Source: Leptonemataceae bacterium
GTDB taxonomy: Bacteria > Spirochaetota > Leptospiria > Leptospirales > Leptonemataceae
Direction: 5' to 3'
Assembly: GCA_965227295.1 (NCBI GenBank)
Contig: OZ245742.1
Span: 1,696,001-1,760,000, forward strand
Length of the DNA: 64,000 bases
Positions 38,517-50,069 of the stretch are shown here, piece by piece (position 1 is the first letter of the stretch; each line of letters starts with the position of its first letter). The notes beneath the pieces were generated by a model. It was given only the letters and a program-made list of their open reading frames with translations. It was not told the origin of the DNA and ran no database searches. A program made the position numbers and the translations under genes.

Positions 38517-40220
38517 ATGAGTCGCACGGCGGGCAACGAACCGCGGTACACCGCCATGAATCTTCTGCGCATCGGTTATGCGCTGGTTACCGTGGTTGTG
38601 TCCTTCCAATTCGACCGGGTCTACGAGACGGCGGTCACCGGCGGTTTCGCGTTTTTGGCCCTGGTCTGGTTTCTGCTCACCGAGTTCGCCTTCGATGAGC
38701 GTCGTTATCCTCGCGTGGCTTACCTGCCCACGGGCCTCGACGTGCTGATCATGACGGCGGTGATCTACTTCTCCGGCACGGCGAACTCGCCCCTGGCCGC
38801 GGGCTACGTCTACGCCACCGCCCTGTCTTCCCTGAACATGCGCATCTCCCAGGGGTTCTTCGCCGCCATCACCGGCACGACGTGTTATACCACGGTCATC
38901 CTGGCGGTCTACTTCGGATGGTTGCCGCCGTTGAACGCCTTCGGCGGCCAGGCGGAAGTCGGCACGGCGAATCTCATCTTTGCGCTGATTGTCGTGTTGC
39001 CGTGCATCTGGGCGGCGTACTTCATCGTGCACAATCTCACGAAACGTAACGCGGAACTGCTCCAGGAACAACAGCGCATCGGCGGGGCCCGCAACAAATT
39101 CCTGGCGAAGATGTCTCACGATATTCGCACCCCGCTGAATTCTCTACTGGGGAGTGTCGACCTGCTGAACGAAAGCGAGCTAACTGCGGATCAAAGAATG
39201 TTACTGTCCTCGGCCCAGGGCGCGGCGGCAAACCTGCACAACCTCGTCGAAAACGTTCTGGACCTGGTGAAGACCGATGCCGGCGAACTGCAACTCGAAG
39301 CCGAACCCTTTCGGCTGCACGAAGTCCTGAATGTCCTCCAGGAGTACTTCCAGCCGCCGGCCCGGGAAAAGGGACTCCGCTTTACGCGCGAAGACCGGCA
39401 ACTGCCCGCCTCCATGCTCTACGGGGATGCGCGCCGGCTCACGCACATCCTCTACAATCTGCTCCACAACGCCGTGCGTTACACCGAAAACGGCCATGTG
39501 CTGTTGCGTGCGCAGTGTGCGGATCCGGAGCCGCACCTGGCCACGTTGATCTTTACAGTGGAAGACAGCGGGCAGGGCTTCGCGGAAAAACAGCAGATCC
39601 TCCTCGATCCGGGAACGGAACCGATGGTGCCCGACGGTCTCGGCGGACTCGGCCTGGTCATGGTCCGGCGTCTGGTGGGGCTGATGGACGGCGAGTTCAT
39701 CATGAGCGATGCCGAAGGCGGTGGTACCCGCTGCACCGTACGTCTGCGGTTTCCCATTGTGCCCGAGAGCATTGAGGTTGCATACGAGAGTCGCCCCCTG
39801 CGCATTCTGGTGGCGGACGATGCCGTGGAAAACCGTGCCTTGCTCGGGCGTTATCTGGAAAAGAGCGGCCACGCGATTACCTTCGCCGAGAACGGCCGGG
39901 CGGCGGTGGACGAGTACGTCAAAGCGTCGCTGACTAACAGTTATGATCTGGTACTTATGGATATTCAGATGCCGCAACTGGACGGATACGGCGCCACCCG
40001 GGCCATTCGCGAAAGCGAGAGCGCCGGTGCCCGGGAGCGGACGCCCATCATCGCGCTGACCGCCCACGCCATGCGCGAAGACGCCAGCCGCGCCATCGCC
40101 GCCGGTTGCGACTACTACTTAACGAAGCCGGTAACGAGGCGTACGCTGCTGGAGATCATCGAGATCTATTCACGGAAAGCCGAGAGCAGTTCGGCCTCGT
40201 CGAATTCCCGATCGCGCTGA
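38517..40220 (+). CDS. Membrane hybrid sensor histidine kinase / receiver
   Basis: FLAKMSHDIRTPLN, NLLHNAVRYT, DSGQG, GLGL; REC ADD, LMDIQMP, TKP. Confidence 0.93.
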   Translation: MSRTAGNEPRYTAMNLLRIGYALVTVVVSFQFDRVYETAVTGGFAFLALVWFLLTEFAFDERRYPRVAYLPTGLDVLIMTAVIYFSGTANSPLAAGYVYATALSSLNMRISQGFFAAITGTTCYTTVILAVYFGWLPPLNAFGGQAEVGTANLIFALIVVLPCIWAAYFIVHNLTKRNAELLQEQQRIGGARNKFLAKMSHDIRTPLNSLLGSVDLLNESELTADQRMLLSSAQGAAANLHNLVENVLDLVKTDAGELQLEAEPFRLHEVLNVLQEYFQPPAREKGLRFTREDRQLPASMLYGDARRLTHILYNLLHNAVRYTENGHVLLRAQCADPEPHLATLIFTVEDSGQGFAEKQQILLDPGTEPMVPDGLGGLGLVMVRRLVGLMDGEFIMSDAEGGGTRCTVRLRFPIVPESIEVAYESRPLRILVADDAVENRALLGRYLEKSGHAITFAENGRAAVDEYVKASLTNSYDLVLMDIQMPQLDGYGATRAIRESESAGARERTPIIALTAHAMREDASRAIAAGCDYYLTKPVTRRTLLEIIEIYSRKAESSSASSNSRSR

Positions 40221-41584
40221 GCCAGGCGATCCTGGAGTTCGCGCAGGGCAGCCGTGTCCCCGGTACGCCGGGCCTCGGCCATCAAGAAGAGCAGGGCCTC
40301 GCGGTTATTACGACTCCGGCCCGCGCGTATCTGTAACTTTCGGCGAGCAGCGGTTACGCGCTGCTCCGCCGGCGGGCGCTTCGAACCGGAGTAGTTCGTG
40401 GCGTGAATCGCGCCGTCGATCTCCAGCACCGATTCCAGAATGCCTGCCAGGTCGCGGACGGTATCTCCATCCTCCCGGCGGTTGAGCCCATCGTAGGTAC
40501 GGCCGATGGCATGCAGGATCTGGGATTGTTCGTAGAGGCGATCGGGTTCGTCGAACGAGGGCTGGATGCGATCCGGGTCGGCCGGCTGGTTCGCGGTCGG
40601 CTCGGCGGCACTGTAGGACAGGGCCAGGCGCAGGGCGTTCAGGGCGCGCAGGAGTTCGCCGCGGTCGTCGCCGCGGCGGAGCAAATAGACGCCGTAGCCG
40701 TAGGAACTCCTCGCGTCGGCGAAGAACGCGGCGCGCAGGGAGTGGGCCCGGCGGACAAAGCTCTCGTTGCGTTCCAGGAGATTGCGGTTTTCCCGCGAGT
40801 CCGCGGTTTCGATCTTTTGCCTGAGAGCGAGTTCCGCCGCTTCCAGGGAGCGCAGGCAGCGCCGGTGAGCCCGATCGTCCGGCACATTTAATAGAAGAAA
40901 GGCGAAGTCTTCCGAGGATCCCCGGCGGACGCCCGGCAGGCTCGCCGCCTGCTGCAAGGCCGCATCCAGTTCCGTGATGGCGGCGGCGTCTTCCGGGGCG
41001 CCCGTCCGGCTTCGGGCTTCCGTCAGGATGCGGGCGATGAGCGCGGCAGTGGCCAGCTCGCGATCGGCGAGGCCCCGGTTCCAGAGATGGTGCACGGCCG
41101 GATAGTTTTCGGTCTGCTGGCTGATCCGGCAGGCGAAAGGCAGCGGCCCGGATAGATTCAGTTCCCCGGCATGGCTGCGCCGACGCACGAGTTCCGAGCG
41201 CACGGCCTCGGTGAAGGCCTGGCGCGCGGCCTCCCGGCTGTCGTGCGTGAAATGAAAGACGGCGATGCGATACGACAGAAACGAATCCGGACGAAGGCGT
41301 ACGGATTCAAGGAAAGCCCGCACGGCTTCGCGTTCCTGGCCGTCGTTCCAGTACAGGAATCCGCGCAGCTTGTGAGAGTCGGCCAGCTCCGCGGCAATCG
41401 CCGCATCCATGCCCGTGGCAATTTCCAGGTAGGAGCGCGCGCGATCGCTTTCGCCCCGTTCAAAGGCCAACACGGCGGACTCTACGTAACGTTCGATTTG
41501 GTCGCGGTCCGCCGGGGACTGCGCGAACAGAGCGGCGCTACAGATGAGGGCGCTCGCGGCGACAATGATCAAGGATCGGATCAT
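40166..41584 (-). CDS. Secreted TPR-like helical protein
   Basis: Signal peptide MIRSLIIVAA...LFA; TPR-like helices. Confidence 0.7.
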   Translation of the reverse strand: MIRSLIIVAASALICSAALFAQSPADRDQIERYVESAVLAFERGESDRARSYLEIATGMDAAIAAELADSHKLRGFLYWNDGQEREAVRAFLESVRLRPDSFLSYRIAVFHFTHDSREAARQAFTEAVRSELVRRRSHAGELNLSGPLPFACRISQQTENYPAVHHLWNRGLADRELATAALIARILTEARSRTGAPEDAAAITELDAALQQAASLPGVRRGSSEDFAFLLLNVPDDRAHRRCLRSLEAAELALRQKIETADSRENRNLLERNESFVRRAHSLRAAFFADARSSYGYGVYLLRRGDDRGELLRALNALRLALSYSAAEPTANQPADPDRIQPSFDEPDRLYEQSQILHAIGRTYDGLNRREDGDTVRDLAGILESVLEIDGAIHATNYSGSKRPPAEQRVTAARRKLQIRAGRSRNNREALLFLMAEARRTGDTAALRELQDRLAQRDREFDEAELLSAFRE

Positions 41585-41799
41585 ACTATAAGTTTCTACC
41601 AAACCGACTGGAACTTTAGAAATATACGGCGGGGCGGGCGACGAACGGGCACATATGTGCGAATCCCCCTTGACAGGGGCGGCTATTTCCAGCGTGTGGG
41701 GAGACCTGTAAAAATCGAAGATCCTGTCCATCGCTCCGGCTCCCGCCGGTCATGCGGTATGATTCGACGATCGTCCTCCAGAGAAACAAGGAGAAAATA

Positions 41800-44043
<2,244 letters not shown>

Positions 44044-44073
44044 TCACCTCTGCGCTCCTGCGCTCCTGCGCGG

Positions 44074-44116
44074 AAAAGCCGCCGCTCCGGAATTCCGGGC
44101 GGCGGTTTTTTCTTTT
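44074..44116 (+). terminator. Rho-independent terminator after hppA
   Basis: CCGCCGCTCCGG-AATT-CCGGGCGGCGG followed by a T-run. Confidence 0.8.
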
Positions 44117-44147
44117 CAGTGCCGCCGCGAAAAGGTATCTTAACGTT

Positions 44148-44465
44148 ATGGCCGAAAACGAGACGTTAAAGAAGCGCATCTGGGACGAACTGGTGAAAGT
44201 CGAGGATCCGGAGATCGGCATGAGCATCGCCGAGCTGGGTTTGATCTACGATCTGAAGCTGGACGAGAACAACAAGGCCGACATCACCATGACCTTTACG
44301 TCCATGGCCTGCCCGTACGGTCCGCAGCTCAAGGCCGAGGTGCACGCCGCCGCCAGTCGTTTCGAAGAGGTTCCCGAGGTGCACGTCGAGGTGGTCTTCT
44401 CGCCGCCCTGGGACCCGCGGGAAATGGCCAGCGAAGATGCGAAGATGATGCTGGGAATCTATTGA
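44148..44465 (+). CDS. DUF59/SufT-like Fe-S cluster assembly factor
   Basis: [30 protein letters not shown]. Confidence 0.92.
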   Translation: MAENETLKKRIWDELVKVEDPEIGMSIAELGLIYDLKLDENNKADITMTFTSMACPYGPQLKAEVHAAASRFEEVPEVHVEVVFSPPWDPREMASEDAKMMLGIY

Positions 44466-45427
44466 ATCATACTTTTCGACACCGCGGTCTTCGCTTCGCC
44501 CGATGCGCCGCTCTTTTGCCGCTGTTCCTGCTCGTCGGCCTCTGCGCGTCCCCCCTGCCGCTGCAGTTGTTCTATCGCCCGCCGGGCACGTTCGTGGAGA
44601 CGTATCGTCGCGCGCCGGGACCGCTGGAACTGGTCGTCTATCCGTCGCCGCGCACGGATGGTGTCGGCCTCGCCCGGGGCGGGGTGATTTTCATTCACGG
44701 CGGGGGCTGGAGCGTGAGCGGCGCCGGTGTGCCGACATTCTCGGACTGGGACCGTCCGTTGCGGGATGCCGGTCTGCGCGCGTTCGCCCTGGAGCATCGT
44801 GTGCCCCCGAAGTACCGCGGGCGGGATCAAATCGAAGACTGCGTCGCCGCCGTAAACTATGTGCGTACGAACGCGGAACGCTTCGGCATTCCCGGCGATC
44901 GCCTGGCCCTGATCGGTTTTTCGTCCGGCGGTCACCTGGCGGTGATGACGGCGCTCAGCATGTCGCGCCCGCGGCCGGGAGTCCGCTCCGTGAACGACAA
45001 CCCCGTGCGCGCCGTAGTTTCATTTTATGCGCCGTTAGACCCGGAAGCGTTGCTCGGAGATTCCGGTGATCCGGAGGTCCGCCGGTTGCTGGTGAACTAT
45101 CTGCCGCGCTTCGATGCGGAAACCGTCGCCGCCGCGGAGGCCACCGAACTGCGTCGCAATTTTTATCGCCGCGCGTTGAACGACGTGTCCCCCGTGAAAC
45201 ATCTTCATCGTTACGCTCCGCCCATGCTGTTGGTCCACGGCGTGAAAGACGAACTCGTACCCATCGAACAGAGCCGCACGTTGTATGCGGCCGCCGTGCA
45301 GGTTCGGCCGGACCTGGCCGTGTTGCGCGAAGTTCCTCGCGGCGACCATCACTTCATTCGCTCGCGAAGCAGATGGGCGCGCGACGTGGAACGCGAAGCG
45401 ATTGAATTTATTGTAGAGCGGATGTAA
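44462..45427 (+). CDS. HSL-like esterase/lipase (alpha/beta hydrolase)
   Basis: [25 protein letters not shown]. Confidence 0.88.
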   Translation: MNHTFRHRGLRFARCAALLPLFLLVGLCASPLPLQLFYRPPGTFVETYRRAPGPLELVVYPSPRTDGVGLARGGVIFIHGGGWSVSGAGVPTFSDWDRPLRDAGLRAFALEHRVPPKYRGRDQIEDCVAAVNYVRTNAERFGIPGDRLALIGFSSGGHLAVMTALSMSRPRPGVRSVNDNPVRAVVSFYAPLDPEALLGDSGDPEVRRLLVNYLPRFDAETVAAAEATELRRNFYRRALNDVSPVKHLHRYAPPMLLVHGVKDELVPIEQSRTLYAAAVQVRPDLAVLREVPRGDHHFIRSRSRWARDVEREAIEFIVERM

Positions 45428-46789
45428 TTACAGTCGATCGCGAATCGCTGCCAGAAACTCCAGCACCCGGTTGCAATTGTTGCGCCCGCCTGGCAAATGA
45501 TCCAGGCGGCCGCTGTTGTGATCGCCTTCGGGATTCCAGCGTGGATGAAAGGGCGGATCGGCGGCGACCAGTTGATAGGCCGTCGGTATGACGAAGTCGT
45601 GCCGGAACTCGTTGATGCGCGGCAGACCCGGGGCGAGCCCGGTCTCGTAGTAGCGCACGCGTTCCCGCGCGGCGTCGGAGAGCGTCTCCGGCTTTTGTTC
45701 GCGCATCACCTGTTTCGAAAAGACAGTACGGATCTGTTCGTTGTCGAATCCGCGCATGCTGATACTCAACACACTTTCCAGCCAGCCGGGTAAGCCGTCG
45801 GCGAGGACCTTCGGATTGTCCTGGGCCGTGCCGATCGTGCCGATGGGAATGCGCTGCAACGGATACATGTTTACCGCGTGCAGCACCGTGTGCGGATCGC
45901 TGAGGCGATGGATGCTGAGGTCCCGGAAGGCGTTGTTCGGGACGTCCCGCAGACCGGCCATCCATTTGCGCAAAGACAGCAGAATGCTGCGCAGGGACTC
46001 GACTCCGGCGCGACGGATGAACTCGTCGTACGCAAGAAAGAATTCTTCAAAGGTAAGATTGGTGCGTGTTAGCAGCGGCGAGTGCCGGAGCGCCTGCATG
46101 CGCCAGTTCGGCAGTGTCGTCAGCTGATGCAGCAACGGCCGTAGGATTCGCGTGACTCCGCCCACGATGGCGTCGCGGTTGTCCGGGTTCGCCAGGGGCG
46201 AGCCGTAGTTCGGCGCGGCGACGGTGATGACGGCATGCACGGCGCGGCCCGCAAATACGTGTTCGTCGAGATACGCGAGGTACCGGGCCACGAGGCCGCC
46301 CTGACTGTAGCCGATGAGGATGTTTTCGTACTCGCCGTTTTCCGCGGCTTCTTCGAGGATTTGATAGTAACCGACGGACGGCCGCGTGAGCATGCGCAGC
46401 GTCGGAAAGCCGGGAAAGTTTTCAGGAGCCACGCCCGGGTCCCAGAACCGGGCGTAGTGCTCCATGCCGATGTTTGCATACTTTTCCCGGATGGAGTCGA
46501 GGTCGCCGGCGCGTTCGTCGAAGAGGGAACCCAGGCACTTTACCGGAATCGGCGTGAAGTACTCGTCGTAGCGTTCGTCCTTTTCGAACATGAGGTTCCA
46601 CGACTCTTCTTTCGCGGCGCGCACGATGGCACGTTCCGTCGCGTTCCCGTCGGAGCGATTGTACGGCGTGCGATCACCGAAGACGCAGGTGACGTTTTTT
46701 TCCGCGAAGAGATCGACGATGGCGTGGCGTTTGCCGCGCAGGAGGGTGGACGCCTGATTGAGCGTCCAGATTTTCACTTTCTTCGCCAT
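45428..46789 (-). CDS. Lipase/esterase-like alpha/beta hydrolase
   Basis: IGYSQGGLVARY, APNYGSPLA, HDFVIP, DHNS. Confidence 0.8.
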   Translation of the reverse strand: MAKKVKIWTLNQASTLLRGKRHAIVDLFAEKNVTCVFGDRTPYNRSDGNATERAIVRAAKEESWNLMFEKDERYDEYFTPIPVKCLGSLFDERAGDLDSIREKYANIGMEHYARFWDPGVAPENFPGFPTLRMLTRPSVGYYQILEEAAENGEYENILIGYSQGGLVARYLAYLDEHVFAGRAVHAVITVAAPNYGSPLANPDNRDAIVGGVTRILRPLLHQLTTLPNWRMQALRHSPLLTRTNLTFEEFFLAYDEFIRRAGVESLRSILLSLRKWMAGLRDVPNNAFRDLSIHRLSDPHTVLHAVNMYPLQRIPIGTIGTAQDNPKVLADGLPGWLESVLSISMRGFDNEQIRTVFSKQVMREQKPETLSDAARERVRYYETGLAPGLPRINEFRHDFVIPTAYQLVAADPPFHPRWNPEGDHNSGRLDHLPGGRNNCNRVLEFLAAIRDRL

Positions 46790-46847
46790 GTCTTCTGGAG
46801 GGTGACCCCGCCGGGATGTCGGTCAATCACAATCAGCGAAAAAGTGC

Positions 46848-47954
46848 TTACATTAATATGAACTCAGTAACTATTTGCAGGGCATTTTTATGGAGCGGGG
46901 TGAGAGGGTTCATGCGATCCAGGACGAGGGGAAGACCACTGTGAATTTTTTCCGCCGGTTTGAGAAAATGATTCATGTCCTCGATTTGCACATAGCGATA
47001 CTGAGTCGGCGGCACGCCGCTCACGCGCAGGGCGTCCGCCTGGGTTTGCGGCAGCTCCTCGTCGGTGCCGCCGGTGAGATGCAGCACGGGAACACCGGCG
47101 GATGTCAGTCGACGAATGCCCCGGGAAAATTCGATTGTCCGGGCCGGCTCACGAAACGAACGCAGATCCTCCGAAGCGATGTACTCCATCGTCGCGCGGA
47201 AGGCGAGCAGGTCCGGGTGACCCGCAAAATCACCGGGTGTGTCCGCGGGATCCATGAGGGTTTCATGTTCGCGGAAATAGCGCCATTCCTGTTGCGCCCG
47301 GGCGACGAGTTCCGGGGCGGCGCCGCTGCGTTGCATGTTATGCAACACCTTTGCGCCCCAGTGATCCAGCATCGTTCCCGGTCCACCGCAGGCCAGCAGG
47401 ACAAGGCCGTCCAGTTCTCGGGTTGGAACGTAACGTTCGAAAGACAGCAGGCTCAGATTGCAACCGGAATCATGGGCGAGCAGGTACATCCCGCTCGCCC
47501 GCAGCTCCGCGCGGAGTACCGCGGCGTAGTCGAATACGGCACTAAGATCATCTGCCTGGAGATTAAGATCGTGAACGCTTTTGGTCGAGGCCCGGGAACT
47601 CCCCGTGCCGCGGTGATCGTAGCGCACGCTGTGAATGCCCGCGCCGCCGAGCCAGCGCGCCAGGCGTCGGCCGCTGTCGAAGTCGAACGAGCGTGAATTC
47701 CAGTCCCGGTCCAGGCTGCGATCGGCGACGAAGAGGACCAGCGGACGCCCGGGCGCCGGATCTCCGGAAGGCGCGGTGGCATAAACAATGCTTCCGGCAA
47801 TGCGGCCGGCGTCGGCCGAAGTCAGCTCGAAATCTTCCGCGCGAACGGAAAAATCCGTCGGCACGTCGTCGGGGGTATATAAGAAGACAACGCCCCAATA
47901 GAGAGCGATGGGCAGAAATACCACGCCGAGAGTCAGAAAGATAAACGTGCGCAC
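46848..47954 (-). CDS. Membrane-anchored alpha/beta hydrolase-fold protein with an atypical nucleophile elbow
   Basis: DRDWN, RYDHRGTGSS, AHDSG, GGTD, MNHFLK. Confidence 0.75.
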   Translation of the reverse strand: MRTFIFLTLGVVFLPIALYWGVVFLYTPDDVPTDFSVRAEDFELTSADAGRIAGSIVYATAPSGDPAPGRPLVLFVADRSLDRDWNSRSFDFDSGRRLARWLGGAGIHSVRYDHRGTGSSRASTKSVHDLNLQADDLSAVFDYAAVLRAELRASGMYLLAHDSGCNLSLLSFERYVPTRELDGLVLLACGGPGTMLDHWGAKVLHNMQRSGAAPELVARAQQEWRYFREHETLMDPADTPGDFAGHPDLLAFRATMEYIASEDLRSFREPARTIEFSRGIRRLTSAGVPVLHLTGGTDEELPQTQADALRVSGVPPTQYRYVQIEDMNHFLKPAEKIHSGLPLVLDRMNPLTPLHKNALQIVTEFILM

Positions 47955-48040
47955 CTGGATGTACGAAATATTTTACCGGCCTTGCGGTAAACCGTTTCTA
48001 CTGGACAAACGCGCGGGCGTTGTCCGATGTCGTTCCCGTC

Positions 48041-48853
48041 ATGCGCAGTGCTTTTGTTTCTCTCATTGTCCTCATCACTCTGTCCTGCGGCGAGTCTCAA
48101 GCCTGGCAGGAATTATCCGGCGGCCTGAAGTACCGCGACCTGAAGACCGGAGCCGGCCGATCGCCGGAGAAAGGCGATTACGTCGGAGTGTTGTATACGG
48201 GATGGATTGAAGAGAGCGGCGAAGAGTTCGATCGTCTCGACGATGCGAAGCGGCCGTTTCGTTTCGCCTTCGGAGAGGGCCAGGTCATCGAGGGCTGGGA
48301 CCAGGGGCTCGCCGGCATTCAAAGCGGCGGTGAACGTGAGCTGCTCATTCCGCCGGAACTGGCCTACGGTGAGGCGGGCTCCGGGCCGATCCCGCCGAAT
48401 GCAACGCTGCGCTTTCGCATAAAGCTCATCCAGGTTCAACCGGCACCGAAACCCTGGCCGGTGAAAGACGAGCAGGTTCATGAAACACCGTCGGGCTTGA
48501 AGTACATCGTCTACGACGAGGGCCAGGGCGAACGGCCGGAGCCGGGGGACATGGTGGTCTTTCACTCGTCGGGTTTCTTCGCGGACGGCACGCTCTTCGA
48601 TTCGTCAAAGATCCGTGCGACGCCGGTCCACTTTCTCGTGGGGAGCGGCGATGTGATTCCCGGCTGGGATGAAGGTCTGCAACTCATGCGACCGTACGCG
48701 CGCTACAAGCTCATGATCCCTCCACATCTGGCGTACGGCAAAAACGGTGCGGGACCGATTCCCGGTGATGCGACGTTGCACTTTGATGTTCAATTGTTGC
48801 GGGTTACAAATCCGGATGCACCGGAGTTCCAGCAGAAGCCGTCCGCGCCCTGA
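48041..48853 (+). CDS. Lipoprotein with two FKBP-type PPIase domains
   Basis: TLSC lipobox; VIEGWDQG..IPPELAYG and VIPGWDEG..IPPHLAYG. Confidence 0.93.
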   Translation: MRSAFVSLIVLITLSCGESQAWQELSGGLKYRDLKTGAGRSPEKGDYVGVLYTGWIEESGEEFDRLDDAKRPFRFAFGEGQVIEGWDQGLAGIQSGGERELLIPPELAYGEAGSGPIPPNATLRFRIKLIQVQPAPKPWPVKDEQVHETPSGLKYIVYDEGQGERPEPGDMVVFHSSGFFADGTLFDSSKIRATPVHFLVGSGDVIPGWDEGLQLMRPYARYKLMIPPHLAYGKNGAGPIPGDATLHFDVQLLRVTNPDAPEFQQKPSAP

Positions 48854-49919
48854 AGCGGCGCGGGTTTTCTCCGGCAAAACGCCGGAAGGCCTTGTGAAAC
48901 GCGGAGCGTGAATTAAAACCCACCGCAAAGGCGACCGAGAGTACGCTGCGGTCCGGCTCCTGTAACAATAACTGCTGCGCGGCCTGCACCCGGTACGCGT
49001 TCACGTACTGGTGGAAATTCCGACCCAGGCGTTCATTGAGAATCTGCGAAAGCTGATGCGGGCCGATGTCGAGTTGATTCGCGAGGGACTGCAGGCTCAA
49101 GTCCTCGTCCGCGAAGGCCTGCTCATCCACCATGTACGCTTCCAGTCGGGCCACGATTCCATCCACGTCCAGGCCGTTGATGCGCGAGCGTTCGTAGCGC
49201 AGGCGTCGCGCGCTTTCGCGGACGTCGTGCATCATGTTCGGGTACCACTGCGTAAGAATGAAGAGCGCGAAAATTAACGGCGGGAGCATGCCGGCGCTCA
49301 AGCGTACCAGTTCCGCCCTGCGCAACGCATAACCGGCGAGTCCGGTGCTGAGCGCGATGTAGACGACGATCAAGAAAATCACCAGCATGCGTCGTTCGCT
49401 CGCGCGCGTATCGCCGGGAGTGCGCAGCACCGCGATGAGTCGCGGAAGAAACACGCTCAGATAAATGGTGGTCGATAGCTTGGGGCCCGCGTTCAAAAGC
49501 ATGAGTATCAGAAAGTACGGGCCCTGCCGTTCCGTGAGCAAGGCCGTCTTTTCCGCCGCGGGCTGCACGTAAAAGGGCAACGCGATGCCGAGGACTACCA
49601 GACACGGCACAAAGTGCAACCACGGCAGAGACGGCTGCGTTTGTTCGAATACAATGCGACTGCAATAGAAGTACAGGAGCGGGCCGATGGCATACAACGG
49701 CGGCAGATGGACGAACGCCAGGTGAACGTTTTCGCGCGCGAGTCCTGAAAAAAACACGGCGCCGAACAACATCCACAGCCCGCTGAGGCCCAGGAGTCCC
49801 GCCAGCATATGTCGGCCTGGCCGATCGCCCTGGCCGCGCAGGATGCCCAGGGCCCAGACAAACGCGAAGACGGCTCCGCCCCAGAGCACGGACGAAAGCA
49901 GCGGATGCTCCACGTTCAT
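48804..49919 (-). CDS. Membrane-bound AraC-family regulator
   Basis: About 6-7 TMs, then DEDLSL..HQLSQILN..VNAYRV..VGFNSRSAF. Confidence 0.92.
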   Translation of the reverse strand: MNVEHPLLSSVLWGGAVFAFVWALGILRGQGDRPGRHMLAGLLGLSGLWMLFGAVFFSGLARENVHLAFVHLPPLYAIGPLLYFYCSRIVFEQTQPSLPWLHFVPCLVVLGIALPFYVQPAAEKTALLTERQGPYFLILMLLNAGPKLSTTIYLSVFLPRLIAVLRTPGDTRASERRMLVIFLIVVYIALSTGLAGYALRRAELVRLSAGMLPPLIFALFILTQWYPNMMHDVRESARRLRYERSRINGLDVDGIVARLEAYMVDEQAFADEDLSLQSLANQLDIGPHQLSQILNERLGRNFHQYVNAYRVQAAQQLLLQEPDRSVLSVAFAVGFNSRSAFHKAFRRFAGENPRRFRARTASAGTPVHPDL

Positions 49920-50069
49920 GTCAGGATCCTTGCGGGATTGTGGGGCCTGTCAAGGCAATCCGCGCCCGGCGATTCGGGCCGATGTCTCGAATCATACATC
50001 GAGCGTTTGCCGGAGGCGCGAATCATACATCCGGCCGACGGCGGTTCGTGAATCCGATACAATGCGCGC

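Noticed and set aside
40700-40711. Third GTAGGAACTCCT match
   Set aside because: Lies within a coding region and the dyad is incomplete; likely chance
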